Program-made: the position numbers and the translations under genes
Source: an uncultured Chloroflexia bacterium
GTDB lineage: Bacteria; Chloroflexota; Anaerolineae; Anaerolineales; RBG-16-64-43
DNA length: 64,000 nt
Assembly (NCBI GenBank): GCA_963724345.1
Contig: CAVRUI010000003.1
Span: forward strand, 1,977,449 to 2,041,448
Direction of reading: 5' to 3'
Notes under the pieces: model-generated
What the model saw: only the letters and a program-made list of their open reading frames with translations
What the model was told of the DNA's origin: nothing
Databases searched by the model: none
Shown here: positions 30,931-41,698 of the stretch, one piece after another
Numbering within the stretch: position 1 is the first letter of the stretch
Layout of the letters: every line of letters begins with the position of its first letter

Positions 30931-33074
30931 ATCTTCGATTGTACCGGTTTTTCGTCCATTTGTTTCTGCAGTTCCTGGTCCGCCGCCGTCTCCACTTCGC
31001 CTTCCTGCAGCGACTGGGAGAACCGCTTGGTCATGTCGTCGGCGAATTTCTCGAACTCGCGCGCGTCCGATGCGCCCATCCCAACGCCCGCCTTCTCGGC
31101 CAAGAGCAGCGCCAGGAGCTGCCCGAGCACACTCGAGCTGGCGATATCGGTTTTTTCCTTGCCTTCCCCCCCGCCGCCCATCACCAGCAGGCGCTGCGGG
31201 ACAAGCGGCTGGGCGCTCTTGGAGAACTGGTCCGAGACCAGGTTGAGCGCGAACAGACGCGGGTCGCCGTAGGCGCGGATCTTCTGCAGGAAGACCGACG
31301 CCTCGGCCAGACCGACCTGGGCCACGCGGGCCGCCTCGCCTTTGCCAAGCAGGTCCTTGGCGCGGCCTTCGCCGAACGCGCGGGCCACATCACGCTTGGC
31401 CAGCCGCTGGGCTTCCGCCAGTTGGGCTTCGCCGCGGTTGGCGCTGATCTCGATCTCGATGTGCGTCTGCGTGAGCTCAGTCTGCTTGGCAGCCGCGGCC
31501 TGCGCGTTGTTCAGCTCCTTCAGCTGCACCGCGGCTTCCTCCTGTTGCTGGAAGGTCGCCTTCTGCTCAATCGCGAAGCGGCGCATCCGCAGTTGATCGA
31601 ACAGCCGCTCGATCGGATCCTGCGCGGCCTGCTCCGCTTTGTACTTGCTTTCCGGCCGGCCGATCATCACCGCGATGCAGTTGATGTCGTACTCGGCGAA
31701 GCGCCGGCCGAGTTCGAGGGTCGCCCGGGCCTGGATCTCCTCGCGCTTCAGGAGCAGGTCCAGCATCGTCGAGGATTGCGCGACATCGCGGAAGTAAGCC
31801 GAGAGGATCGGGTCAAGCGTCTGGCTGATCAACCGCCGCACGTCGCCGAAACGCTGGATCACCGAAGGCGCCTTCTCGTAATCGATATGCAGGACCAGCG
31901 AAAGCGGCAAAACCGGTTCGTACCCGTCGGCCGTGATCAGTTCGATTGAGGTCAGGTCCTTGTCGTATTGGTGCGCCTCGGAAATGCCGGTGATCCAGCG
32001 CAGCACAAAGTTCACCGTCGGCACCAGTTCGACCTGCAGGGCATAAAGGTTGAGCGGGTATTTCCCCGGCGGCAGCGCGCGCTTCCAAACGCCGCGCTGT
32101 CCGTGCTCCACCTGTTCGCCGTAGCGGAATCCCGTGCCGGTTACGTCTTCCCCGCGTTCCCCGTAATAGCCGACCACCACGCCCACGTACCCGATCGGGA
32201 TCATGGTCTTGGGTTTGATCTCGGCGGTGGCGAACCAGCGGTTGATGAAGAAGGTGCCGTCGGTCAGCACCTGAAGCTGCTTGCCCCGCCGGCCTTCCAG
32301 CCGCAGGAAAGCCTCCGGATCCTGGAAGTACTGGTGATCCCCGGCCGCGCCCTTCACCTCCGGCGCGATGATTTCGCCGGATTCGATCGGCGGGCCGTCG
32401 TGAACGGTGACGATCCCGATCGTGTCGGTCGGGTCGAGGGTCGTCTCCACGCCGCTGGGAAGCATATCGGCCTTTCCGACGAAGCTTTCTCCGCCATGGC
32501 CGATTACCACCGGACTGAATCCGTTCACCTCCATCAGCTGCGCCAGCCAATCCCCGTATTTCTTGCCGTCGCGCTCATGGATCGGGCCGGAATACACGCC
32601 GTCCTCGGTAATGACGACGAACAGCGCGAGGTTGAGCGCATAGAGTCCTTCGCGCAGGATCGAGCGCTGGCGTCCGCGCTGGCCGCCGTTGGTAAGGAAG
32701 CCGCGCGCATCCTGGAAGGTGTTGCAATTCACCACGCTGCCCAGGGTTTGCGTCGAAGGCAGCGGCGAACCGTCGCGGGCATAGACGTAGCCGATCTTGC
32801 TTTCCGCGATCACCACCAGCGGTTCGATGTGGACTTTAAACTGCCAAGGGAAAAAGCCGAAGTGCAGGCCGCCGCGGAGAATGTCGGCCTGAAATCCGGC
32901 TTCACTCCTTAGTGCGATGATCCGCCCCTCCTTCAGCGAACCCCGCAACGACCAGTACTGTTCGACGATCCCCACGCGGTTGTTGGGGATGTAGCGAACG
33001 CCGAGCAGCCAGGGCAGGAGAATTACAAGGACCAGTAATCCACCGCAAATGAGAAATATGATCGTGAGTTCCAT
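30927..33074 (-). CDS. flotillin-like SPFH/band-7 protein (YqiK family)
   Basis: N-terminal TM helix, SPFH domain (RYIPNNRVGIVEQYW...GRIIA...AGFQADILRGG) and a long Ala/Glu-rich coiled coil. Intact 715 aa. Confidence 0.85.
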   Translation of the reverse strand: MELTIIFLICGGLLVLVILLPWLLGVRYIPNNRVGIVEQYWSLRGSLKEGRIIALRSEAGFQADILRGGLHFGFFPWQFKVHIEPLVVIAESKIGYVYARDGSPLPSTQTLGSVVNCNTFQDARGFLTNGGQRGRQRSILREGLYALNLALFVVITEDGVYSGPIHERDGKKYGDWLAQLMEVNGFSPVVIGHGGESFVGKADMLPSGVETTLDPTDTIGIVTVHDGPPIESGEIIAPEVKGAAGDHQYFQDPEAFLRLEGRRGKQLQVLTDGTFFINRWFATAEIKPKTMIPIGYVGVVVGYYGERGEDVTGTGFRYGEQVEHGQRGVWKRALPPGKYPLNLYALQVELVPTVNFVLRWITGISEAHQYDKDLTSIELITADGYEPVLPLSLVLHIDYEKAPSVIQRFGDVRRLISQTLDPILSAYFRDVAQSSTMLDLLLKREEIQARATLELGRRFAEYDINCIAVMIGRPESKYKAEQAAQDPIERLFDQLRMRRFAIEQKATFQQQEEAAVQLKELNNAQAAAAKQTELTQTHIEIEISANRGEAQLAEAQRLAKRDVARAFGEGRAKDLLGKGEAARVAQVGLAEASVFLQKIRAYGDPRLFALNLVSDQFSKSAQPLVPQRLLVMGGGGEGKEKTDIASSSVLGQLLALLLAEKAGVGMGASDAREFEKFADDMTKRFSQSLQEGEVETAADQELQKQMDEKPVQSKM

Positions 33075-33439
33075 ATCAGACTCCTTTCCAAGAAGGATAT
33101 ACGCCCGCCGGTTGCGGCGGTTATTTCCTTCGCATAAAAAAGCAAATTAATGCCGAAAACTCGCAAATTCACCCCCCTCCGGCAGAAATGCCGCTCTATA
33201 AACCGGGAATCCGGGGATTTTTTTATTTGCGTCCTCCCTCCCGTTTGGTTGATTCCGATTGTCCGAATTAAAACACGGCACGGGTGAAGGCCGGGATAAC
33301 GGATTTTGTGAAGTCGGGGATTTACAATGAATTTTTTTATATACGGGATTGACCACAGGGATGGGAATCGGGGAAGGTATTGCCTTTGCAACAATCAACT
33401 TTCCGGCATACGGCTGCTGCATGGAGGTGCTCCGCCCGA

Positions 33440-33480
33440 TTAAAATAAAAACCCGGCCTTCGGAATTCCCGGCCGGGTAA
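33440..33480 (-). terminator. rho-independent terminator downstream of tRNA-Val
   Basis: On the minus strand a cccggccggg…ccggg hairpin is followed by TTTTTATTTT. Confidence 0.55.
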
Positions 33481-33485
33481 ACCAG

Positions 33486-33559
33486 TGGGCGCAAAGGGAC
33501 TCGAACCCCCGACCTCTTCAATGTGAGTGAAGCGCTCTAACCGACTGAGCTATGCGCCC
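33486..33559 (-). tRNA. tRNA-Val (anticodon CAC)
   Basis: Reverse complement GGGCGCATAGCTCAGTCGGTTAGAGCGCTTCACTCACATTGAAG...GGTTCGAGTCCC...TGCGCCCA. Anticodon loop CTCACAT. Confidence 0.8.
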
Positions 33560-33570
33560 GAACCCCGGAA

Positions 33571-34533
33571 TTATAACAAATCCCGCCCCGGGAATGCACC
33601 CATCTTTAGAAAAAAGAGAGGCGCGGCAGCAGGGAGCAACAGCCTTGCACTGAGCCACGGGGCCACATAGTACGTCGAGAGCGCCACCGCGAAGGAAATC
33701 TCAAACGGCTTGTGCAGCGGTTCGAACTCGGCGACCCGGGTGCGCGCCCGGCGGGTGATGCGCACGATCGCCGGGATCAGCAGGCAGATCAGCAGCGCCA
33801 GGGTGATCATCAGCACCCAGAAGGGGACGATCATGATCCCGATCAGGGTGATGATCGCGGACAGGATGCCGATCCCCAGCAGGACGTACATCAGGACCGT
33901 GGTCGGCCGGTACCCCACCAGGAGTGCCGTATGACTCAGCCCGGCTTCCCGGTCTTTGTGGAAATCCCGGAGTTCGTTGAAAAGCTCGCCGTACATGGAG
34001 ATCGAAACCGTCATGCAGAAGGGGAACGGCCACCACCAGTACATCCCGGGTGAAAAGGTGAGCAGGGCGGCGAGGAACTGGCACCCGGCCAGCATCATCC
34101 CGTGCGAGAGAAAATCCACGATGGGGAAATTCTTGAGCCGGATCCGTTTCCACGAATAGATATATCCCAGGAGCAGCCCGATCCATCCCCAGAGAGCGGG
34201 TCCGAACCCGAGCAGGAGGTACAGGAATCCCGAAAGCAGCGCCACCAGAATGGAGACCCACCATCCGCTGCGGTGGGAGAGCATTCCGGAGGCAATCGGG
34301 TTTCGCACCGCCTTGTGCGGGCAAAGCGCGTCGTCCGGCGCGTCCTCCACGTCGTTGATCATGAACGTAAACGCCACGCACAGCCAGTTGGCGACCAGGA
34401 CTGTAATCATGCGGATGCCGAACACTCCGCCGGAGGAAGCCACGCCGAGCAGCGTGGTGATCAGTACGAACCAGAGGAATTCGCGGTACCGGCTGAGTTG
34501 GATCGTGCCATCGATTCGTCTTTTAATAATCAT
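33571..34533 (-). CDS. UbiA-family aromatic/polyprenyl prenyltransferase
   Basis: NDVEDAPDD aspartate-rich motif and about 8 TM helices. Confidence 0.7.
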   Translation of the reverse strand: MIIKRRIDGTIQLSRYREFLWFVLITTLLGVASSGGVFGIRMITVLVANWLCVAFTFMINDVEDAPDDALCPHKAVRNPIASGMLSHRSGWWVSILVALLSGFLYLLLGFGPALWGWIGLLLGYIYSWKRIRLKNFPIVDFLSHGMMLAGCQFLAALLTFSPGMYWWWPFPFCMTVSISMYGELFNELRDFHKDREAGLSHTALLVGYRPTTVLMYVLLGIGILSAIITLIGIMIVPFWVLMITLALLICLLIPAIVRITRRARTRVAEFEPLHKPFEISFAVALSTYYVAPWLSARLLLPAAAPLFFLKMGAFPGRDLL

Positions 34534-34665
34534 GGGTATCCTGAAGGAATAGTAATCGCACCGGATCGCGTAATTTTAAATGATAAAGGCCGATCCGGAT
34601 AGTGCGAATATCCACCGGTTTTTCCCGCGAAAACGGCTAATTTTCGGGTGGAGGCGGTTAAAAGC

Positions 34666-34944
34666 TTACGCCATCATGCTGTCGAAAAATTCGACGCTGA
34701 CAGCCGGCGCGGTCCGGAAGCCGATCCCCAACTGGCGGGTCAGCTCGATCGAGGCCTTCATGGCTTTGGCGTTGTCCGGAAAATCGGCGATGAGTACGAG
34801 GTCCACATCGCCCAACAGCGCATACCCGGATTTTAAATCGCCGCCGTGCTTCTTGATCACGGCTGCGGCTCCGGCTGTGCGCCGCGCGCTGATCTTTTTC
34901 AATGCGTCTTGCGTGTAATGGCCGAACAGAATGTAGGTGCCCAT
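34666..34944 (-). CDS. GYD-domain protein
   Basis: 92 aa beginning MGTYILFGHYTQDALKK, matching the GYD family signature. Confidence 0.6.
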   Translation of the reverse strand: MGTYILFGHYTQDALKKISARRTAGAAAVIKKHGGDLKSGYALLGDVDLVLIADFPDNAKAMKASIELTRQLGIGFRTAPAVSVEFFDSMMA

Positions 34945-35040
34945 GCTTTTTTCCTTTCCGCTGCGGAGATGATTTCATTGTATCCGAGATGATCTCATCC
35001 CGCACAAAAAGAAATGGACAGGATCGACATCCTCACCCCC

Positions 35041-35097
35041 TCCCCCTTCTCCTGCGGTAACCGCAGGAGAGGGGGGAGGGGGTGAGGAAATAATTAC
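35041..35097. repeat. 27-bp-stem perfect hairpin with a polypyrimidine 5' arm and a polypurine 3' arm (H1 of a 4-member family)
   Basis: cctcaccccctcccccttctcctgcgg-taa-ccgcaggagaggggggagggggtgagg. A single G·T is the only mismatch. Abuts the xylB stop codon. Confidence 0.8.
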
Positions 35098-36587
35098 ATC
35101 TTCCGGAAGGTGTCGCGGAGGAGAGGATACAGTCCGTGATAAACCTGGTACCCTCGGCGGTACGTTTCCGCTTGCGCCGGGTCCGGCTGGGTCGTGCCGG
35201 TGATCTTGACCACCTTGGCACAGGCGGCGGGCACGTTTGGCCACACACCCGCACCCACGCCGGCCAGAAGCGCCGCGCCGAACGCGGCGCCCTCGGTGGT
35301 GTTAACCGTCACCAGCTCCGTCTCCAGAACGGATGCCAGGATCTGCCGCCAAAGCGCCCCTTTGACCCCTCCGCCGGATGCGCGCACCTGGCGGATCGCC
35401 CCCGCCCCCGAATCGCGGATCAATAAATAGCTGTCCTTCAGCCCGTATGCCACGCCCTCCAGCACCGCGCGCGTGAGGTGCCCGCGCCCGTGGCGCAGCG
35501 TCAGCCCGATCCAAGCCCCGCGCGCCAGCGGGTCCGGGTACGGAGTGCGTTCCCCGGAGAGGTACGGCAGGAATTGCAGGCCCTCGCTGCCCGCCGGCAC
35601 GGGCGTGGCTTCCCGTAATAGGTCGTCGTATTCGGTCCCCGGAACCATCGTGTTCCGGTACCACTGCAGGCTCCCGGCCGCGCTGAGCATCACACCCATG
35701 AAGTGCCACATTCCGGGCACGGCGTGGCAGAAGGCATGCAGCCGCCCTTCCGGTTCGACCGCAGCCGCCGGCGTGGTCGCAAACACCACGCCCGAGGTGC
35801 CGAGCGTCAGCGCGATGATCCCCGTCTCGACGGCGCCGACACCCACCGCCTGGGCCGCCTGGTCTCCGCCCCCGGCGCAAACGGGAGTCCCGGCCGCGAG
35901 GCCGGTCGCGGCTGCCGCTTCGGCCGTCACCGTTCCGGTGGCATCCGGACCTTCGAAGGTGGGCGGCATCCACTCCGCGGGAATACCCAGCGCATTAAGG
36001 ACTTCCTTCGACCAATTGCGGATCTTCAAATCGAATAGTACCGTTCCGGATCCGTCGGCCTTGTCCATCGCATACCCGCCGGTCAGCCGGTAGCGGAGGT
36101 AATCCTTGGGAAGCAGCACGTGGCGGGCTTTCCGGAACACCTCCGGTTCGTTTTCCGCAACCCACAGAATTTTCGGAGCGGTGAAGCCCGTCAGCGCGTC
36201 GTTGCCGGTGATCCGGATGAATTTTTCCTTCCCGATCTTGGCGCGGATCTCGTCGCATTGCGCCCCGGTGCGCTGGTCGTTCCACAGAATCGCCGGGCGC
36301 AGCACCTTCCCGTCCGCGTCCAAGAGCACCAGCCCGTGCATTTGCCCGGTCAGCCCGATCCCGGCCACCTGATTGCCCGGCACGCCCGTGTCCTTCAGCA
36401 CTTTGCGGATGCTTTCCGCGGACGCGCCCCACCATTCCTCCGGATTCTGCTCCGACCAGAGCGGCTTCGGCGTTTGCAGCGTATGCGCGGTGACCGCCGT
36501 TCCCATTACCGTTCCCTGCTCGTCGATCAACAGGGCTTTGCTGCCGGTCGTGGATACGTCGAGTCCGAGAAAATATCGCTTCGCCAT
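35094..36587 (-). CDS. xylB: xylulokinase
   Basis: FGGY carbohydrate kinase (FLGLDVSTTGSKALL...). Adjacent to xylA. GGAGG RBS. Confidence 0.9.
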   Translation of the reverse strand: MAKRYFLGLDVSTTGSKALLIDEQGTVMGTAVTAHTLQTPKPLWSEQNPEEWWGASAESIRKVLKDTGVPGNQVAGIGLTGQMHGLVLLDADGKVLRPAILWNDQRTGAQCDEIRAKIGKEKFIRITGNDALTGFTAPKILWVAENEPEVFRKARHVLLPKDYLRYRLTGGYAMDKADGSGTVLFDLKIRNWSKEVLNALGIPAEWMPPTFEGPDATGTVTAEAAAATGLAAGTPVCAGGGDQAAQAVGVGAVETGIIALTLGTSGVVFATTPAAAVEPEGRLHAFCHAVPGMWHFMGVMLSAAGSLQWYRNTMVPGTEYDDLLREATPVPAGSEGLQFLPYLSGERTPYPDPLARGAWIGLTLRHGRGHLTRAVLEGVAYGLKDSYLLIRDSGAGAIRQVRASGGGVKGALWRQILASVLETELVTVNTTEGAAFGAALLAGVGAGVWPNVPAACAKVVKITGTTQPDPAQAETYRRGYQVYHGLYPLLRDTFRKM

Positions 36588-36602
36588 TTTGAATTCCTCC
36601 AT

Positions 36603-36667
36603 CCCCCTCCTCTGTCCTCCCCCGTTTACCGAAATCGGGTAAACCGGGGAGGATAGAGGAGGGGGTG
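36603..36667. repeat. approximately 30-bp-stem hairpin, C/T-rich arm then G/A-rich arm (H2)
   Basis: ccccctcctctgtcctcccccgtttaccg-aaat-cgggtaaaccggggaggatagaggagggggtg, with two small bulges. Lies between the GH3 stop and the xylB RBS. Confidence 0.75.
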
Positions 36668-36671
36668 TAAT

Positions 36672-39041
36672 TTATTCTATCGACGCCGGGCAGACAGTCA
36701 CCCGTCTGCCGACCTTCGACTTCCGGGATCCGATGATTTCGAATTGTCCCGTCAGCCGGATATCCTCCGAGGAACTCCCCAGAAAAACCCGGATCGCTCC
36801 CGCCTCGGTCACCAGATCCATGTTCTCGTCATAGAAGGCAAGGATGTCCACCGGAAGACGAAATAACACCTGCCGGGATTCTCCGGGTTTCAACCCGATC
36901 CGGCAGAAGCCTTTCAATTCCTTCACCGGCCGAGGAATGGAAGCCACCGGATCGCAGATATACAATTGCACCACTTCATCCCCGGCCGCCTTCCCGGAGT
37001 TGGCCACCGTCAGCCGAACCTCCACCACGCCGCCGTGCGCCGGTTGTTCGGGAGTGACGGAAAAATCCGTGTACCCGAAGGTGGTATAGCTCAAGCCGTG
37101 CCCGAACGGATACAACGGCCCGGCCGGTGATTCCAGATAATCGACATACCAATTGGAGCGGCTTCCCGAGGGTTTGTGGTTGTACTGGATCGGAATTTGG
37201 CCGACGGAGCGCGGAACGGAAATGGGAAGCTTCCCGCCGGGATTAATATCGCCGAACAAGGCGCCCGCCACAGCCGCGGCTCCCTCTTCGCCGGGGAGCC
37301 AGGCCTCCAGGATCGCCTGCGCGTGTTCGGCCAGCCATGGGATCGATAACGGCCGCCCGTTGATCAGCACGACCGCCGTGGGTTTCCCGGCGCCCGCGAC
37401 CGCCTCGGCCAGTTCCTGCTGCACCCCGGGGAGCCCGAGATCCGCGCGGTCACGCGTCTCGCCGGACGTGCAATCGAGGGTGAACCCGGATTTATCGCCC
37501 AGGACGAGGATGACCGCGTCGGCTTGCGCGGCAACCGCCACGGCTTCCTCGAATCCGGACCGGTCGTCCCCCGAAACGGAACAGCCGGCCGCATGCACCA
37601 CCTGTGTGTCCGCCCCGGCCCGGTCGCGGATGGATTCCAGGATGGAAGGAATCTTGACCGTGTGCTCGCGGATGTAGTTCCAATCCATTCCGGCCAGGGT
37701 CGGAATTCCAAGTTCGGGCGCGGGCGGATGCTGGGCCAGCTCCACGCTCGAAAGATAGGAGTAATCCCCCATCAGGTTCCGCGGGGCGTCGGCATTCGGA
37801 CCGATGACCGCGATCGTGCGCGGCGACCGCAGCGGAAGCATGCCGTCGTTTTTCAGGAGGATCAGGCTCTGCCCGGCGGCCTCGCGGGCCAGCGCCCGCT
37901 GGGCGGGCGTTTCAAAACTCGCCGCCGCCGCCTGTTCCTCCGCATAGGGATTCTCGAACAACCCGAGTTCGAATTTGGATTCCAGGATGAGCTGCACGGC
38001 GGCGTCGATCTCCGCGATGGTGATCTCGCCCGCATCCAGCGCGGCGCGCAGCGGCTCGCCGTAGCACGCCCGGCTCGGGAGTTCCATTTCGATCCCGGCC
38101 TTGAATGCTTTCACGGCCGCGGTCCGCTCGTCGGGCGCCGCGTGATGGTAACTGGCGATCATGGCGATCGCGCTGTAATCGGAAACCACAATTCCCTGGA
38201 AGCCGAGTTCGCCGCGCAATAGGTCCGTCAGGATCGCGCCCGAAGCCGCCACCACTTCCCCGTCCAGTTCGTTGTATGCGTTCATGACCGAGCGGACCCC
38301 CGCCTCGGATACGGCCGCCTGGAAGGGCATCAGGCAGGTTTCCCTCAGGAAGCGCGGACCGGCCTGGATCGGAGCGCAATTCATACCGCCGGAGGAAAGG
38401 CTGTACCCGATGAAATGCTTGGCGGTGGCCATCAACCCGTCTTTGATCTCATCCCCCTGCACCCCGCGGATATACGCCGCCCCCATCCGCGCGACGAGCA
38501 GCGGATCCTCGCCGAAAGTTTCTTCGGTCCTTCCCCAGCGCGGATCGAGCGCGACATCCAGCACCGGCGCCAATCCCTGCCGGGCGCCCACCGCCAGAAG
38601 CTGCCGCCGGATTTCCGCGGCCGTCCGCTGCAGGAGCTCCGGATTCCACGTGCCGGCCATGCCGATCATCTGCGGGAAGATCGATCCGCCCAACCCCATG
38701 TACCCGGAACAGCATTCTTCGTGCAGGATGGCCGGAATTCCCAGACGGGTGTGCTCGCGCAGGAACCGCTGGATGGTGTTCCCGGCCCGCGCCACTGCGG
38801 GCGGCAGTAGTGCGCTGGTTCCGCCGATGCGGGAGATCTGGCCGATCCCTTTTCCCAGCAGCATCTGCATCCGGTCGTGCGAAAGTTCCTGCCCGTTCCG
38901 CAGGTCGTGGAACCAGTAGGAAGTCAGCTGGAATAATTTCTCCTCGACCGTCATCCGGCCGAGGAGATCCTTTAGCCGGACCGGGATAGGCCGGGAGGCC
39001 TCAAGGTAGAGTGGTTTCGCTTGAGTAGTTTCCACGAACAA
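36672..39041 (-). CDS. glycoside hydrolase family 3 beta-glucosidase/beta-xylosidase (BglX-like)
   Basis: 789 aa with GH3 N- and C-domains plus an FnIII-like tail (KDLLGRMTVEEKLFQL...GFQGIVVSDY...). The first codon is TTG, and the true start may be slightly downstream. Confidence 0.85.
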   Translation of the reverse strand: MFVETTQAKPLYLEASRPIPVRLKDLLGRMTVEEKLFQLTSYWFHDLRNGQELSHDRMQMLLGKGIGQISRIGGTSALLPPAVARAGNTIQRFLREHTRLGIPAILHEECCSGYMGLGGSIFPQMIGMAGTWNPELLQRTAAEIRRQLLAVGARQGLAPVLDVALDPRWGRTEETFGEDPLLVARMGAAYIRGVQGDEIKDGLMATAKHFIGYSLSSGGMNCAPIQAGPRFLRETCLMPFQAAVSEAGVRSVMNAYNELDGEVVAASGAILTDLLRGELGFQGIVVSDYSAIAMIASYHHAAPDERTAAVKAFKAGIEMELPSRACYGEPLRAALDAGEITIAEIDAAVQLILESKFELGLFENPYAEEQAAAASFETPAQRALAREAAGQSLILLKNDGMLPLRSPRTIAVIGPNADAPRNLMGDYSYLSSVELAQHPPAPELGIPTLAGMDWNYIREHTVKIPSILESIRDRAGADTQVVHAAGCSVSGDDRSGFEEAVAVAAQADAVILVLGDKSGFTLDCTSGETRDRADLGLPGVQQELAEAVAGAGKPTAVVLINGRPLSIPWLAEHAQAILEAWLPGEEGAAAVAGALFGDINPGGKLPISVPRSVGQIPIQYNHKPSGSRSNWYVDYLESPAGPLYPFGHGLSYTTFGYTDFSVTPEQPAHGGVVEVRLTVANSGKAAGDEVVQLYICDPVASIPRPVKELKGFCRIGLKPGESRQVLFRLPVDILAFYDENMDLVTEAGAIRVFLGSSSEDIRLTGQFEIIGSRKSKVGRRVTVCPASIE

Positions 39042-39199
39042 GCTCCGAACCTGGGATCATGGAACAGGATTGTCATGCGGAGCGCCGGCGAAGCAGCCCG
39101 GTCTGCTTGGGCGACGATTCGCAACGCTCCGCATGGCGTTTCCAGCGGTTGATTAACCGGGGAGCCGACCGGATGCTCGTACCGGAACACGGAACGGGA

Positions 39200-40366
39200 T
39201 CAGCGGATACCCAACAAAAGTTCGATCGTCAGCTGATCCAGCCGTTCGTATTTCATGCCGCGCTTGCCCAGAGCGACGCGGTCGAACGTCTGTTTCTTCA
39301 AGCCGTCCGCCTTGGCCGCGGAGTATTTCCCGGTGTAGGCCGCCAGCGAGCCGTCGTCTTGGTTGATCTCAGCCAGAAGGGCTTGGATCTCTTTATCGGC
39401 GTTCCAACGCGCCCCCTTGTCCTTGAGGATCAGGTACGTGCGCATGCAGCCGCGGGCAAAATCCTTCACGCCTTCAAAATCTTCCGTGCGGTAGGCGTGC
39501 GCGTCGAAGTGCCGGCTGCCCGTGTATTTGACGTCTTCGAGGAACTTGACAAGGAAGAAGGCGGCCTTCGGATCGCGGGAGCCGAAGCGCAAGTCCTGGT
39601 CGAAACGTCCCGGGTACTGGTCGTTGAGGTCGATGTGGAAGAGCTTGCCCGCCTCCCAGGCCTGGGCCACGCCGTGCAGGAAATTAAGCCCGGCTATCTG
39701 TTCGTGGGCCACCTCCGGGTTGACCCCCACCATCTCGGGATGGGCGAGCGTGGCGATGAAGGCCAGCATATGGCCGATGGTGGCGTTGTAGATGTCCGCG
39801 CGCGGCTCGTTCGGTTTGGCTTCCAGCGCGAATTTCATGTCGTACTTTTTATCCAGGACGTATTCGCACAGGAAGTCCATCGCTTCGCGGTTGCGTTTGA
39901 TCGCCGTCGCCGGATTCTTGGTCGCGTCGCTTTCGGTCCCCTCGCGGCCGCCCCAGAAGACGTAGACCTTCGCGCCCAGTTCGGCGCCCAGATCGATGGA
40001 TGCCATCGTTTTCTGCAGCGCGTAAGCGCGCACCTTCGGATCGTTCGAGGTGAAAGCGCCGTCCTTGAAGCAAGGATCGAAGAACAGGTTGGTCGTCGCC
40101 ATCGGAACGACCAGGCCGGTCTGCTTCAACGCCGCCTTGAATTCGGAGACGATTTTGTCCCGTTCGGCGGCGGAGGCGTCGATCGGGATCAGGTCGTTGT
40201 CGTGCAGGTTGACCCCGTACGCGCCGGTTTCCGCCAGCAGTTTGACCAGCTCGACGGGAGTTTTCGTTTCGCGAGTCGGGCCTCCGAACGGATCGCGCCC
40301 GGTGTTCCCAACCGTCCACAAACCGAACGTGAATTTATGCTCGGGTTTGGGTGAATAATCGGACAT
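39200..40366 (-). CDS. xylA: xylose isomerase (class I, approximately 388 aa)
   Basis: [21 protein letters not shown]… is the canonical class I XylA N-terminus. AGGAGG RBS. Confidence 0.95.
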   Translation of the reverse strand: MSDYSPKPEHKFTFGLWTVGNTGRDPFGGPTRETKTPVELVKLLAETGAYGVNLHDNDLIPIDASAAERDKIVSEFKAALKQTGLVVPMATTNLFFDPCFKDGAFTSNDPKVRAYALQKTMASIDLGAELGAKVYVFWGGREGTESDATKNPATAIKRNREAMDFLCEYVLDKKYDMKFALEAKPNEPRADIYNATIGHMLAFIATLAHPEMVGVNPEVAHEQIAGLNFLHGVAQAWEAGKLFHIDLNDQYPGRFDQDLRFGSRDPKAAFFLVKFLEDVKYTGSRHFDAHAYRTEDFEGVKDFARGCMRTYLILKDKGARWNADKEIQALLAEINQDDGSLAAYTGKYSAAKADGLKKQTFDRVALGKRGMKYERLDQLTIELLLGIR

Positions 40367-40498
40367 GATAATTTCCTCCTTGATCGATCATATGGGACCG
40401 CCGGCCTTTGGTAGGAAGGCCGGGGATTGATTCTTCATGAATTGTTTAGCGCACCGGCGCGCGTATGGGTCACGTGCGCCGGGGCACTTTTTCCCGGA

Positions 40499-41698
40499 TT
40501 ACCGGCGTTGCTTCATATACACATCGAGCAACACGGCGATCACCAGCACAATCCCCTTGACTACGTACTGCCAGGCCGAGGGGACGTTCATGATCTGCAG
40601 CCCGTTGACCAGGCTGGCCATGATCAACGCTCCAACCATCGCGCCGAAGACCGTTCCCTCTCCGCCGAACGTGGATGTGCCGCCCAGGAAGCAGGCCGCG
40701 ATCGCGTCGAGTTCGTAGCCCCCTCCGGCGGCGATCGTCCCGTAGCCGACGTAAGAGGCCATCACCACGCCGGACACGCCGCACAGGAATCCCATCAGGA
40801 TGAAGATCCGGAAGATGTTGCTTTGGATGTTGATCCCGGAGAGCCGGGCCGCTTCGCGGTTGCCCCCGATCGCGTAGGCATGCCTCCCGAATTTCGTGTT
40901 GTCGGAAATGTAGGAAACCGCGATGGCGAGCACCGCCAGAATTAATACCGGAATTTGAATGCCGCGGTACGCATTTACGTAGAAAACGTATCCGACCACC
41001 AAAAAGCAGAAGAACAGGGTTTTTGCGATATCCATGCTGATCGGCGGAAGGGTAAAACCGTATTTCGTTTTTCGCCGCCGGGAAGTGAACATCAAAACAA
41101 ACAGCGCCGCGACGATCACTGCCGCGATGATCCACCCCATCCACGGGGGAAGGTACCCCTGCCCGATTTCCGAAAAATACGGCTGGTTGGCGGCGATCGT
41201 TTTTCCTTCCGTCCGGATCAGAATCAGGCCGTTGAGAATCCACATGCTGCCGAGCGTTACGATGAAGGCGGGAATGCGCAGGTAGGCGATGATATAGCCC
41301 TGGACGACGCCGAATATCGTGCCGATCCCGATCCCGGCGATCGTGGAAAGGATGGCCGCCAGGAGCGCCTGGCCGGGGAATATTGAATCCCAGACGCGCA
41401 GCTGCAGGAAAGCCGCCCAAACGGATATGTATCCGGCCAATTTGCCGACCGAAAGGTCGATGCCTCCGGTCACGATCACCAGCACCATGCCGACCGACAT
41501 GATCGCCGTGATCGTCATCTGGCGGAAGAGATTGGAGAAATTCTGCGCCGAGACATAGGTCCCGCCGGTCAGGGCGGCGAACAAACCCCAGATGATGATC
41601 ATCGCCACGACCAGGGTATAGGTCTGCAGGTTGCCGCGAAGCTGCCGCATGGCCTTGTTGAATACGGTTTCTTGCGGAGTAGTGGAAATTGCGCTCAT
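40499..41698 (-). CDS. xylH: D-xylose ABC transporter permease
   Basis: Polytopic permease with the typical XylH/RbsC layout. Start MSAISTT. Overlaps the xylG stop. Confidence 0.8.
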   Translation of the reverse strand: MSAISTTPQETVFNKAMRQLRGNLQTYTLVVAMIIIWGLFAALTGGTYVSAQNFSNLFRQMTITAIMSVGMVLVIVTGGIDLSVGKLAGYISVWAAFLQLRVWDSIFPGQALLAAILSTIAGIGIGTIFGVVQGYIIAYLRIPAFIVTLGSMWILNGLILIRTEGKTIAANQPYFSEIGQGYLPPWMGWIIAAVIVAALFVLMFTSRRRKTKYGFTLPPISMDIAKTLFFCFLVVGYVFYVNAYRGIQIPVLILAVLAIAVSYISDNTKFGRHAYAIGGNREAARLSGINIQSNIFRIFILMGFLCGVSGVVMASYVGYGTIAAGGGYELDAIAACFLGGTSTFGGEGTVFGAMVGALIMASLVNGLQIMNVPSAWQYVVKGIVLVIAVLLDVYMKQRR